Notes under the pieces: generated by a model
What the model was told of the DNA's origin: nothing
What the model saw: only the letters and a program-made list of their open reading frames with translations
The model's database searches: none
Translations under genes and position numbers: made by a program
DNA from: the human T2T-CHM13v2.0 reference genome, Homo sapiens
Strand: one strand, 5' to 3'
Length of the DNA: 64,000 nt
Assembly: GCF_009914755.1 (NCBI RefSeq)
Contig: NC_060929.1
In this document: positions 40,145-54,605 of the stretch, one piece after another
How the letters are laid out: each line of letters opens with the position of its first letter
Numbering within the stretch: the first letter of the stretch is position 1

Positions 40145-40512
40145 AGCCAGGTGCAGGGCATGTGCCTGTAATCTCAACACTTTGAGAGGCCAAGGCAGGG
40201 GGATAGCTTGGGCCCAGGAGTTTGAGACCAGCCTAGGCAACAAAGGGAGACCCTGTCTCTACAAAACATTAAAAAAAGCTAGCCGAGCGTGGTGGTGTAC
40301 ATATGCTGTCCCAGCTTCTTGGGAGGCTGAGGCAGGAGGATCACTTGACCCCAGGAGCTTGAGTGAGCCTTGATTGAGCCACTGCATGTCAGTCTGGGTG
40401 ACAGAGGAAGACCCTGTCTCTGATAAGAAAGGAAGAAAGGAAGGAAGGAAGGAAGAAGAGACAGAGAGAGAGAGGAAGGAAGGAAGGAAGGAAGGAGGGA
40501 AGGAAGGAGAGA
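40145..40512 (+). mobile_element. AluJ SINE whose A-tail has become a (GGAA)/(GA) purine microsatellite
   Basis: GCCCAGGAGTTTGAGACCAGCC...GAGGATCACTTGACCCCAGGAG; tail at 40424-40512; flanking GAAA(A)TATCA direct repeat. Confidence 0.9.
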
Positions 40513-43500
40513 GAAATATCAACAGACATTTTTTAAATTGATGAAGTTGTTTATGAATCACCTGTGAAAAAAATATCTTGAACTTACGTGAAGAAAATAG
40601 ATGACTCTATCTACTTTTTAATTGTACTTTCCAAAGGTATTCTTGTGAAGAGCCTTTGAGAAAATTTCCTCAATATCACTTACATGTAATCTTCATCAGG
40701 ACCTCTCCACACCCCCCATTAGAAATTGCATGCTTTTCTCTCTTCCACCACCTAGCTTGAAGTCCAAGAAAGGGCCTTCCCTCTCCTCATTTGTTAAGTC
40801 TGTTAACCCAGGTCAGAGAAAGCTTGCTTTACAGGGGAGAGGCCAGAGGACATGCCTGGAGCTAAGAAGTGCTCAATTGTCAAATAAACCAGGAGTTTGT
40901 TTGCTTTTAAAATGGGAACAAGATAATCCTTTCTTCAAGACTTCACCCATGAAGTATTGTGGGAAATGCATTTTAAAATCAAAATGTCATTTTTCTACCA
41001 TTTTTGGTTTTTTTTTTAAGGGTTAAGAAGACCAAATTCATTGGTTTTGACTGGGTTGCTGAATTCTGGGGTTGGCAGTCCAAAAATGAGTTCAGCTAGT
41101 CTCACGGCTAAGTGCCACAGGATAGAGCTGTCTCCTCCAGGACCTAGTGGAACGTGAGGTCCCCAAGCACCCAGAAGCTTTTTTAGCAGGAGCCAGCCAA
41201 GCAAACAAAAGAATTTCCAGCCTTCCACAACGATTGGATTATAATATTTACTGTACCAACACTGAAAATATGTTCTTAATTATTAAGCATATACTTTAAT
41301 GCCTACTGTGTGCAGATATCCTGAGTGCTATGAAAAAGTATGGAAGAGATAAAAAACAAAAGACAAAAAAACAAGCTCATCCCAGGAATAATCTGCAACT
41401 TAGCTGAGAAGAGCAAACCTATAGTAATGAAATGGCACAAGGGTGCTACGAAGGAGTCCCACCTTAAATCAGGGTGTTAAGCTCCATTACTTTGCACTGA
41501 AGCTCCTCTCTCCAAACTCAATGCTCTGAAAGTGCAAAAAAGGCAATCATGTTAAGTATGCTGCTGAGAATCTGCTATCTGTAGGTCTGGGAGACATTAA
41601 TAAAACATGGACAAATGTATCAGGCATTAAAAAACTAGAGACTACGACATTTAAATTATTTTTGACAAAATATTCATGTTATACTCTCAGCTCAGAAATG
41701 CAGGCTTTGTTGCAAACATAGGGGCATCTCATCCAGTGATTTATCTCAATAGTTATAGCAGGAGGAAGAATTCACCAAGAGCAATCCATACTCTTCTCTC
41801 CTACTCTAGAGGTAAATCAGGTATTCAAAGAAATTCTGCCTCTAAATAAAAAGTGAAGGAATTTAGCTTTCTAGTTCTGTGGCTGTTTAAGATGCTATCT
41901 TTTCATGTCTTTAAATAAAAAATTTAGAGTATTTTCATGTACATGTAATGTAAACACATGCATGCACACACACACATACCCACATACAGTATTTGGTTGC
42001 ATTTTAGCAACTAACATTCCTTTTGCGAAATAAATGGTCCTCAGTGTGACATTACATCCTCTAACAATACACTATGGCATTTCTAGAGCATAACATTATG
42101 TTCTGAACTTAGAGCTATGTGAACAAATTCACACCCAAAGCAAACCCAGCAAAGTGCCTGGCTTGCTTCCAGTTTCACTTTCCATGTTGTTTTGCAGAAA
42201 TGAAGAGCAATTTTGTGGTTGAAAATGAAAATGTCTTTTCCCAACTGTGATCGACCCTTTGACCTGGCAGAAAATGGCTTGAAGCCCATGCCTTTCCGGC
42301 CCTGGAGGCTTCTACCGTAAAACAATTTCTGCTCAAGAAGACAGTTTCTGGAAGTTTTAAAGCATCTCAAGTGCTGGTCTACACTTACCTACCTGCTTGG
42401 TCTTGCCCTACTTTCCTGTATATGTAACTCTTGCTAGAGTACAGTAAGTTCTCTTTTTTCCCAAAGTCTCCCAAAAGGGAAATGTATTATTAGAAGATGA
42501 GATGTAGGAGCATATTTAAGAGTTAAGCTAAATCGGATCTTTAAGTTAAAGTGCCTACAGGGCCAAATACAGTACAAAGTGTGCCCCATACAGTATGAAA
42601 TGAAGGGAGTCAAACTTAAGAGCAGGAGTTCTGATTGGTGTCAAACTTGTTCATTTGGTCCTATTACATATTTTTTTGACACAAAATAGAGTGTTCTGTA
42701 GGAAAAAGCTATTCTTGGATTGAAGTAAAATTATTCAGTTTTACAAATTATACACTTTGACAAATTTTTTATGAGGGATTTATGGAGCAAAATGGTGGTG
42801 ATGTAAAACAATGGAACTAAACTTTGAAGAATTGTGTACCCAACAGTTTTAGGTTGGTATCATATAAGCAACCACATACAGAGAAAAATAAACAATAGGT
42901 AAAATTTACTAGATGATTTTTTTTTCTTTTAACTTGTGGAAATGGAGAAACAAATGGATTAAGAGTTCTATGAAAAGTGTTTAAATTAGTAAGTGAAAAT
43001 TATTTAATCTCAGGTGTTATGAAAAAAACAACATCATTTCAGTTTTAGCACTTATATATGGAATTAAATATATATTTTAAATTGAATTCTGTTTGACAGA
43101 ATTGAAATTTGAAATCTTCTAAAAACTTTAAAATTTAAAATTACTCAAAATGAGATGCTATATTTTAAAGACTCAATAAAATCACCTACTTTGCAAAACA
43201 AAAGTTCAATGTACTTATTTTCCAAAATTTTAAGAGAACAATACTAACCAATGTCTCTCTCACCTTCTCCCTTTTTTTAAATTTCTCTCTCCACTTGTTC
43301 ACCCCCTCTTAGTGCTTAAATGTTTTTCTATAAGCAGAAGAGAGTGAGTTTTCATTTCTATTTTCATATCCCTCTTTGGTATCCTCAATTATCTTAAGGA
43401 ATCTCTTAAAAATTTCAGAGCAAAGACATTTTATACTATCTCCCCACTTTCTAACATACATTATTATCATTCAGTGCCATTAGAAATGAAGAGATAAATG

Positions 43501-46500
43501 GCGGTATTAGAAACCCAAACAAATTATACATTCTTTATGTGCTCCTCCTTTGAAAAAAAAAAGTGTAACTCAATGAAACAAATTAAGGAATTAAGTATAA
43601 GCTATTTCAAAATGTGCTGAAAATTACAATTGAGTCTATTGTCTTTTTGAGAGAAGAAAGAACTCACCTGGACCTTTTGACTCTCACTTTTATTACCATA
43701 TGCACCATTTCTGGGTAATACATGCAATGTACAGAACTTGGAAAACCCTTACCCTGTAGAACAAAGCAAATGCTTAAAGGGAAATAATGACTATGAATTT
43801 TCTTCCTTTTCATATTATGGAAAGCCCAGCCATAATAGGTCCCATTGCAGTAAGACTAACCACAAGCATAATATGGAAAGAAAATTTACGTCAATCATCT
43901 TTATCCTTGTTTTTCCTAAAATATCAGAAAAACCTAGAAATCTGAAGCTGGAAGGGATCCTAAAGATCATCTAATTGAAATGCTTTCTTTAAAAAATTAT
44001 GGGAATAAGGTCTGTACGAATTACCTGACATTGAAGATCACACAGCTAAGCTATGAGAAATAGAAATCTCCTAGCTTCCTAACTGTTTGATGTTGCAGGG
44101 GCAGTATAGGATTCTTGCCAGCATATAGCTAAAGGCACAGTCTAGTTGCACCATGTCAATGGGAAGCTGGTGCTTTCAGATATTGCAAGTATCCTTCATG
44201 ACTATCCCAACTTTCTCCAGCTGAAGAAATTGCAAAGAAGAAGGAACAAAAATCTATTTCTGTGGTTAACATTTTTACTTTCTAATTCAAACACGGTTTT
44301 TTCCTCTAGCTTAAAAATCATATGTAAATTTTTTTTTACCTATTTGTTGTTGATTTTTAAATAATGGTAGATACCACTTTGCTTCTCACAGTATTGAAAC
44401 TTCATACACAAGCCTTCAAGCAAGCCCAGTGCTAAATTACCAATGGCTAGATATGTTGGTCCATAAAGCCAAACAGCTGCAGAGACGGATATTTGGTGGA
44501 CTAAACCTAAAGAAGGGAGCATTCTTCATTTCTTTCAGCTATGCAACACTAATGAGAATGTTCACCCTAAAATTAAAGAGTAATATAATAACAATGTGTA
44601 CCTACAATGTGGTCAATTTCTATGTTGAGCAGAAGATGCAGAGATGAGTAAGAGACAGACTCTCAACTCAGAGTTTACAGTTGAGCAGGTAAGATACAGT
44701 AGTATGCACACAACTGATTACAATTCAAAATAACTCAGTTCCATAAAAGTTGTACAAAACTCTAAAGGTACTCAAAGAATATAGCTTTCCAGAAAACATG
44801 AAAAACATCCTGTAATAAGTGAATTTGAGGTGAAACTTGTAGACTTCCATAGGCCTGGGATAGCAGGAAAAACAAAAATTGTTTAGGGCTGAGGTGGCTT
44901 GGAAGCCACCTCAGACCTCTCACCTGTTCTTTCTCATTTCCCTACCGCTGTGTCTGTGTATGAGTTTATTCTTCTGAAATACCTACCCCCATCTCTTTGC
45001 CCCCACATCCCCTTCATTGCTTGTTTGTGGAACAGATAAATATGAGCTGGACAGCTCCAGACATGCAAATAACTACTTGCAAAAAATTGAACACATGTTT
45101 CTGCTTTTAGTGGACTTCACCAATGGAGCCTGACAAAGTGCCACACACATAATAGTTGATCAATATTCATTCATTCAATAAATACTTATTGAGCACTTAC
45201 TAAACATGAGGCACTGTGTTAGCAGGTTGAGGATATAAATAAGCTTAATGTAATCTTTACTTCTATGGAGTTTACAGAAATTTAAATAAGCAGTTGCAGC
45301 AATGTGATGAGCCTTATGATGGTAGAAGCACAAGATGCTGTGGTAGTGCAAGGCAAAGACACCTGCCCAGGTCAGGAGGGTCAAGGAAGCATCTCAAGAA
45401 AAACAAGTTAATTCTTCAACAACGGTTATAAGTTAGCAGGTGCCATTGTACAATGGAAACATGAAACTGCTGCCACACTGGGAAGCCTGTGGCCTTATAG
45501 GAAGGCACGTCTGAAGGCAGCAATAACTGGGAGCAGCCAGCAAAATGACTGTTGCCAAACATTTCCAAGTGAAAAGCTAACCATTTCAGGCAAATTATGA
45601 GGCCACTGACCAAAGGTCAAAAGAAGGGGAAAGGGAGCTGAGGCTTTCCTAGAGTCAGTGAAAGGTAGGACTGCCATTGAGGTTAACAGCAAGGAATGTA
45701 TCAGATAAAGGGAATGGAGCCTAAGATAAAGGATGGGGTATTGCAGCCTTTTGAAGCTTCCGCATCAATAATTACGACTGGAGGTCAATCCGTCAGAAGT
45801 TCAAACAGCTAAAGCTTCAAATGAAGAGGATTTGTTCTCATGCAAATGTCTCTTAAAATGCAAACTAAGGAAAAAAAAGGTAAGAGAATGTGGCATGAAA
45901 GACAGGAGAGTGTCTTATTCAACAGCAATTTCTTTAAATTAAAAAAACAACTTGCAAATGGATGGGAAAAACATCTCTTTACAACAGCAAGTGGCTAAGT
46001 ATGTTCCATGTAGATGGCATTCTGCTACAACTCTCTAAATTCCACCTTTCGAAACATTACTCTAAATTCTTTCTTTTAAAACACTGATTTGCCAAATAGA
46101 ATAAGGCTTAAGAACATTTCACTCTATAATTTCAATAGAGCAGGCATTTGGGGTCCACCAATGCAAAAGAAATATTCTTTAAGTAACAGATTGACTGTGC
46201 TGTGACCACACTGGATGAGGTCTCCTGCTTAAGGGTTTTGACAAAAAAGAGTAGATTTAAAGATAGTGTACTTGCCTCCAAAAACGGTGCTGCAAGACTG
46301 AATATTACTTCATTGTGGGCTGTAGGAAATGTGTTTTGCCTGCTCTGTTTAATTCTGGGGTTAAAAGCAGTAGTCAAATCATGACAGCAAGGAGCTTTCT
46401 GCTCTATTACAGCTCACTTATTTCCCTCCAAATATTAAACAATGCCAAAAAAACTTTAAGTTATTTGGGATAGGATCCATTTTCATTTTACTCTTGTCCT

Positions 46501-47019
46501 TTTTTGGTTGTGAGATGACAGTTTAATATTCCAGGCTCCAAAGCAGAGTTTCGCAAATGGATTTTTTTAAAAAATAAAGTTCAATGCTCTAGGGAAGAAA
46601 AAATGTGTGCAATTAATTTTCCATAAGAAATTGTATAACTGGTATTATACAAAGATGACTGACTATGTTTATCATCTATTTATCTCATACAATTCTTTGA
46701 ATTTTCTAGGATAACATAGCATATTCATAATTTTACTAACATTGATTCATCCTTGGTTTTATTATATAAAAATTGACTCTTATTTTGTTCTACTTGAGGT
46801 TTTTTCAGTTGGTGTTTTATCATCTGGATTCAGTGTAGGATAATATAGGGATTACAAACACAAATTTGAGAATTAAATTCAAATTTGAATCTTCACTGAA
46901 CTCTACCCTTAGAAATGGTGAAGGTGCTAAATTTTATAAGTATAATGCACCTCAATTTTAGTAAAAAAAAAAACTAAGAAGAAAATAAATAAATAAAGCA
47001 AATTAATACTCAAAAATAT

Positions 47020-47200
47020 AGTTTGAGTCTCACTCATGACTCATAAATTGTGTCACCTTAGGAATGTTATTTAACCTCTCTTAGCATTAGTCATCTTTAA
47101 AAATGATAATATTAATAATTCCAAATTCCCTGTGCTGTTCACAGGATTAAATAACATAAACCATATGAAGGAGCTGATACATAATAAGCTTTCAGTAAAT
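47020..47200 (+). mobile_element. MIR SINE
   Basis: TGTGTCACCTTAGG...TTATTTAACCTCTCT...AAAATGATAATA...AGGATTAAATAA. Confidence 0.6.
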
Positions 47201-47723
47201 TAAAATTTTGTAAAATTTCAGTAAATTAAAATTGTCATTAAATGAATGGACTGTTCTGAAGATTTGAAAAGCCTTCCTTGGCAGGGTCACCATTTTGTTC
47301 ACACAGAATACAATATTTTTCTAGGTATTTCTGTATTTTATTAATTCATTTCAAAAAAAAAAATGCCACTCCAAATATGTAGGTAACATCAGAGCTAGCT
47401 CAAAAAAATGAAATAAAGCCATTTGCTCAAATGAGTATTCCTAACCTGATTAAGAGCTAAACGTTGACCACAAAGACAATCTCAGAAACTCCTTCACCAC
47501 AAGAGAAATCAAACGCAGAAAGACTCATGTGCCCAGTTGCCTTGTTTACTACCAAACATAGTAGGAAAAATAGTCTGTTTTTTTCCAAGGCTTTCTTTTA
47601 AATCCAAGTTTAAAAAATGAATATAACTGAGAAAAAGTGCAGTTCTGAAAATGCCAGGTGCTATGAAGAAATGTTACCAAAATAATGAGAGGATAAGAGG
47701 TTGAGAATATTTGATATCATAAT

Positions 47724-48161
47724 TGTCAGGCCTCTGAGCCCAAGCTAAGCCATCATATCCCCTGTGACCTGCACATATACATCCAGATGTCCTGAAGCAA
47801 CTGAAGAACCACAAAAGAGGTGAAAATAGGCAGTTCCTGTCCTAACTGATGACATTCCACTATTGTGATTTGTTCCTGCCCCACCCTAACTGGTCAACCT
47901 TGTGACATTCCCTCTTCTGGACAATGAATCTTAGGAGCTCCCCCACCAAGCACCTTGTGACCCCTGCCCCTGCCTGCAAAAGAACAACCCCCTTTAACTA
48001 TAATTTTCCACTATCTACCCAAATCCTATAAAACTACCCCACCCCATCTCCCTTTGCTGACTCTCTTTTCGGACTCAGTCCACCTGCACCCAGGTGATTA
48101 AAAAGCTTTATTGCTCACACAAAGCCTGTTTGGTGGTCTCTTCACATGGAGGCGCATGACA
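47724..48161 (+). promoter_or_regulatory. HERV-H 5' LTR (LTR7 family)
   Basis: TG...CA termini; CCTATAAAA TATA box at ~48026; ATTAAA at ~48097; followed by the PBS (48164-48182) and splice donor CAG|GTAAGC at 48300/48301. Confidence 0.92.
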
Positions 48162-48669
48162 ATTGGTGCCAAAGACCTGGGACAGGGGACTCCTTTCGGG
48201 AGACCGTTCCCCTGTCCTCACCCTCACTCCATGAGGAGATCCACCTATGACCTTGGGTCCTCAGATCAGCCCAAGGAACATCTCACCAATTTCAAATCAG
48301 GTAAGCGATTTCTTCACTCTCTTCTCCAGCCTCTCTCGCTACCCTTCAATCTCCCTGTCCTTCCAATTCCAGTTCTTTTTCCTCTCTAGTAGAGACAAAG
48401 GAGACACATTTTATCCGTGGACCCAAAACTCTGGTGCCGGTCACAGACTCAAGACGACAGTCTTCCCTTGGTGTCTGATCAGTGCGGGGATGCCTGCCCT
48501 GATCATTCACCTACCATTCATCCACTGGTGTCTGATCACCACGGGGACGCCTGCCTTGGTCATTCACCCACATTCCCTTGGTGGCAAGTCAATTGTGGGG
48601 ATGCCTGCTTTGGCTCCTCACCACCCCCTTCTCCATGTCTCTACCTTTCTCTTTAAACTTACCTCCTTC

Positions 48670-50250
<1,581 letters not shown>

Positions 50251-50291
50251 ACACTGCCCAATCCCCTTGGAAGCCTCCTGGACCATCACAG

Positions 50292-52770
50292 ATGCTTTGG
50301 GTAACTCTTACAGTGGAGGCTAAGTCCATCCCCTTCTTAACCAATACAGGGGCTACCCACTCCACATTACCTTCTTTTCAAGGGCCTGTTTCCCTTGCCT
50401 CCATAACTGTTGTGGGTATTGATGGCCAGGCTTCTAAACCTCTTAAAACTCCCCAACTCTGGTGCCAACTTGGACAACATTCTTTTATGCACTCCTTTTT
50501 AGTTATCTCCACCTGCCCAGCTCCCTTATTTGGTTGAGACATTTTAACTAAATTATCTGCTTTCCTGACTATTCCTGGGCTATAGCCACAACTCATCGCC
50601 ACCGTTTTCCCCAGTTCAAAGCCTCCTTCGCACCTTCCTCTTGTATCCCCCAACTTTAACCCACAAGTATGGGACACCTCTCCTCCCTCCCTGGCGATCG
50701 ATCACACACTCATTACTATCCCATTAAAACCTAATCACCCTTACCCCACTCAATGCTAATACCCCATCCCACAGCACACTTTAAAAGGGTTAAAGCCTGT
50801 TATCACCCGCCTGTTACAACATGGCCTTTTAAAGCCTACAAACTCTCCTTAGAAGTCTCCTATCCTACCTGTCCAAAAACCTGACAAGTCTTACAGGTTG
50901 GTCCAGGATCTTTGCCTTATCAACCAAATTGTCCTGCCTATCCACCCCGTGGTGCCAAACCCATATACTCTCCTATATTCAATACCTCCCTCCACAAGCC
51001 GTTATTCTGTTCTGGATCTCAAAGATGCTTTCTTTGCTATTCCTTTACACCCTTCATTCCCACCTCTCTTCGCTTTCACTTGGACTGATCCTGACACCCA
51101 TCAGTCTCAGCAACTTACCTGGGCTGTACTGCCACAAGGCTTCACAGACAGCCCCCATTATTTCAGTCAAGCCCTTTCTCATGATTTACTTTCTTTTTGT
51201 CCATCTGCTTCTCACCTTAATATTTTAATGACCTTCCATCTTATAGCCCCTCCTACAAATCTTCCCAACAGGACACCCTCCTGCTCCTCCAACATCTATT
51301 CTCAAAAGGATATCACATATCCCCCTCCAAAGCCCAAATTTCTTCCTCATCCATTACCTATCTCAGCATAATTCTTCATAAAAACACACATGCTCTCCCT
51401 GCTGATCGTGTCCAGCTAATCTCCCAAACCCTAACCCCTTCTACAAAGCAACAACTCCTTTCCTTCCTAGGCATGGTTAGGTACTTTTGCCTTTGAAAAC
51501 TTGGTTTTGCCATCCTGACTAAACCATTATATAAACTCACAAAAGGAAACCTAGCTGACCCCATAGATCCTAGATCCTTTCCCCACTCCTCTTTCCGTTC
51601 CTTAAAAACAGCCCTAGAAGCTTCTCCCACACTAGCTCTCTCTAACTCATCCCAACCCTTTTCATTACACACAGCCAAAGTACAGGGCTGTGCGGCTGGA
51701 ATTTTTACACAAGAGTCAGGACTGCGCCCTCTCCAAACAACCTGACTTTACTGTTTTAGGCTGGCCCTCATATCTGTGTGCAGCGGCTGCTGCCACTTTA
51801 ATACGTTTAAAGGCCCTCAAAATCACAAGCTATGCTCCACTTACTCTCTACAGTTCTCATAACTTTCAAAATCTATTTTCCTCCTCATACTTGATGCATA
51901 TACTTTCTGCCCCCTGGCTCCTTCAACTGTACTCACTATTTGTTAAATCTCCCACAATTACCATTGTTCCTGGCCCAGACTTCAATCTGGCCTCTCATCT
52001 TATTCCTGATACTACATCTAAACCCCATGACTCTATTGCTCTAATCCACATGGCATTCTCCCCATTTCCCCATATTTCCCTCTTTCCTGTTCCCCACCCA
52101 GACCACACTTGGTTTATTGTTGGTGGTTCTTCCAGGCCCAATCGCCAATCACCGGCAAAAGCAGTCTATGTTATAGTGTCTTCCACATCTATCATTGAGG
52201 CTACCGCTCTGCCCCTCTACAATACCTCTCAGCAAGCCGAACTCATTGCCTTAACTCAAGCCCTGATTCCTGCAAAAGGACTGTGTGTCAATATTTATAC
52301 CAATTCCAAGTATGCCTTCCACATCCTTCACCACCATGTTGTTATATGGGCTGAAAGAGGTTTCCCCATTACACAAGAATCCTCCATCATTAATGCCTCC
52401 TTAATAAAAACTCTACTTAAAGCTTCTCTACTTCCAAGGAAGCTGGGGTCATTCACTGCAAGGGCGATCAAAAGGCATCAGATTCCATTGCTCAGGGCAA
52501 TGCTTATGCTGATAAGATAGCTAAAGAAGCAGCTAGCGTTCTAACTTCTGTCCCTCATGGCCAGTTTTTCTCCTTCTCATCGGTCACTCCCACCCACTAT
52601 CCCACTGAAACTTCCACCTATCAATCTCTTCCCACACAAGGCAAATGGTTCTTGGACCAAGAAAAATTCCTCCTTCCAGCCTCACAGGCTCATTCCATTT
52701 TATCATCCTTTTGTAACCTCTTCCATACGGGTTACAAGCCACTAGTCCGCTTCTTAGAACCTCTCATTTC
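50292..52770 (+). pseudogene. HERV-H pro-pol remnant; catalytic residues mutated, integrase mostly deleted
   Basis: Protease DTG>NTG (FLTNTGATHS); RT YxDD read as YFND with a frameshift at ~51220; RNase H WFIVG and YTNS (both Asp lost); only the integrase N-terminus remains before ~52770. Confidence 0.88.
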
Positions 52771-52799
52771 CTTGAAGACATTTGCCCCTTGTTCTTCAG

Positions 52800-53570
52800 A
52801 CTCTCCTCCCAGCCCCCCTTCTTGTTTACTTATACCCAACCCCATGAATAGCAATGAAAGGTTGCTTGTAGACACTATGTGCTTTCTTGTACACCATAAA
52901 AATCAAACCTCCCTCTCTACCCAGTTGCCCCATCAATCCCCATTACAACCTCTAATGGCTGCTGCCTTCGCTATATCCCTAAGAGTCTCGGTGCAAGACA
53001 CCTCTTTTGGTGCTCCCTCTCATCTTTTCACTTTACATTTCCAGTTTTGCCTTACAAAGGTCTCTTCTTCCTCTGTGGCTCCTCCACCTACATGTGTCTA
53101 CCTATTAATTGGACAGGTACATGTACACTAGTTTTCCTTACCCCCAAAAATCAATTTGCAAATAGGACCGAACAGCTTCCTGTTCCCCTCATGACACCAA
53201 CACTTCACCACTATTTTGTTTTAATTTTCTCATTAATATAAGAAGGCAGGAATAGGCCTTAATTTACTCAGTGCTGAAAAAGGAGGACTCTGTATATTTT
53301 TAAATGAAGAGTGTTGTTTTTACCTAAATCAATCTGGCCTGGTATATGGCAACATAAAAAACTCAAAGATAGAGCCCCAAAACTCGCCAACCAGGCAAAT
53401 AATTATGCTGGACCTCCCTGGGCACTTTCTAATTGGATGTCCTGGCTCCTCCCAATTCTTAGTCCCCTAATACCTGTTTTTCTCCTTTTCTTATTTGGAC
53501 CTTGTGTCTTCCGATTAGTTTCTCAATTCATACAAAACCGCATCCAGGTCATCACCAGTCATTCTATATG
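52800..53570 (+). pseudogene. HERV-H env remnant (partial SU and TM)
   Basis: GLFFLCGSSTYMCLPINWTGTCTLVFLTP; GLNLLSAEKGGLCIFLNEECCFYLNQSG (ISD/CX6CC); WLLPILSPLIPVFLLFLFGPC. Confidence 0.85.
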
Positions 53571-53793
53571 ACAAATGTTCCTTCTAACAACTCCACAATA
53601 TCACCCCTTACCCCAAAATCTTTCTTCAATTTAATTTCTCCCAACCTAAGTTCCCATGCTGCCCCTAATCCCGCTCGAAGCAGCCCTGAGAAACATCACC
53701 CATTATCTCTCCATACCACCCTCAAAAATTTTCGTGACCCCAACACTTCACTACTATTTTGTTTTGTTTTTCTTATTAATATAAGAAGACAGG

Positions 53794-54095
53794 GGCTGGG
53801 CACGGTGCCTTGTGCCTATAATCCCAGCACTTTGGGAGGCCAAGGCAGGTGAATCACAAGGTCAGGAGAATGTGACCATCCTGGCTAACACAGTGAAACC
53901 CTGTTGCTACTAAAAATACAAAAAACTAGCCAGACATGGTGGTGGGCACCTGTAGTCCCAGCTACTCAGGAAGCTGAGGCAGGAGAATGGCATGAACCTG
54001 GGAGATGGAGCTTGCAGGGAGCTCAGATCACACCACTGCACTCCAGCCTGGGCAACAGAGCAAAACTCTATCTCAAAAAAAAAAAAAAAAAAAAA
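53794..54095 (+). mobile_element. AluY inserted in the HERV-H polypurine tract
   Basis: ACCATCCTGGCTAACA, GAATGGCATGAACC and GGAGCTTGCAG diagnostics; TSD AAGACAGG at 53786-53793 and 54094-54101. Confidence 0.93.
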
Positions 54096-54103
54096 GACAG
54101 GAA

Positions 54104-54546
54104 TGTCAGGCCTCTGAGCTGAAGCTAAGCCATCATATTCCCTGTGACCTGCACATATACATCCAGATGGCCTGAAGCAACCAAAGAACCACAAAAGAAG
54201 TGAAAATAGGCAGTTCCTGCCTTAATTGATGACATTCCACCACTATGATTTGTTCCTACCCCACCTTAAATGATCAGTTAACCTTGTGACATTCCTTCTC
54301 CTGGACAATGAATCTCAGGAGCTCCCCCACCAAGCACCTTGTGACCCCCACCCCTGCCCCCAAGATAACAACCCCCTTTAACTATAATTTTCCGCTACCT
54401 AACCAAATCCTATAAAACTGCCCCACCCCTATCTCCCTTTGCTGACTCCTTTTTCAGACTCAGTCTGCCTGCACTCAGGTGATTAAAAAGATTTATTGTT
54501 CACACAAAGCCTGTTTGGTGGTCTCTCCACATGGATGCACATGACA
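54104..54546 (+). promoter_or_regulatory. HERV-H 3' LTR (LTR7 family)
   Basis: Direct repeat of 47724-48161 at roughly 90% identity. Confidence 0.92.
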
Positions 54547-54605
54547 ATAGTGAGTTTGAGCTAATATATTTATAAAGATGTATCATATGTAAGTGTGAAA
54601 AGTAC

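Noticed and set aside
31700-47000. Numerous 60-100-aa ORFs in the AT-rich middle region
   Set aside because: No recognisable domains or consistent exon chain; the number and composition fit random ORFs among L2/MIR/MER fragments.
51690-52520. 276-aa ORF (longest in the window) as a functional or domesticated RNase H
   Set aside because: It is a HERV-H pol fragment with catalytic Asp residues replaced (WFIVG, YTNS) and a frameshifted end.
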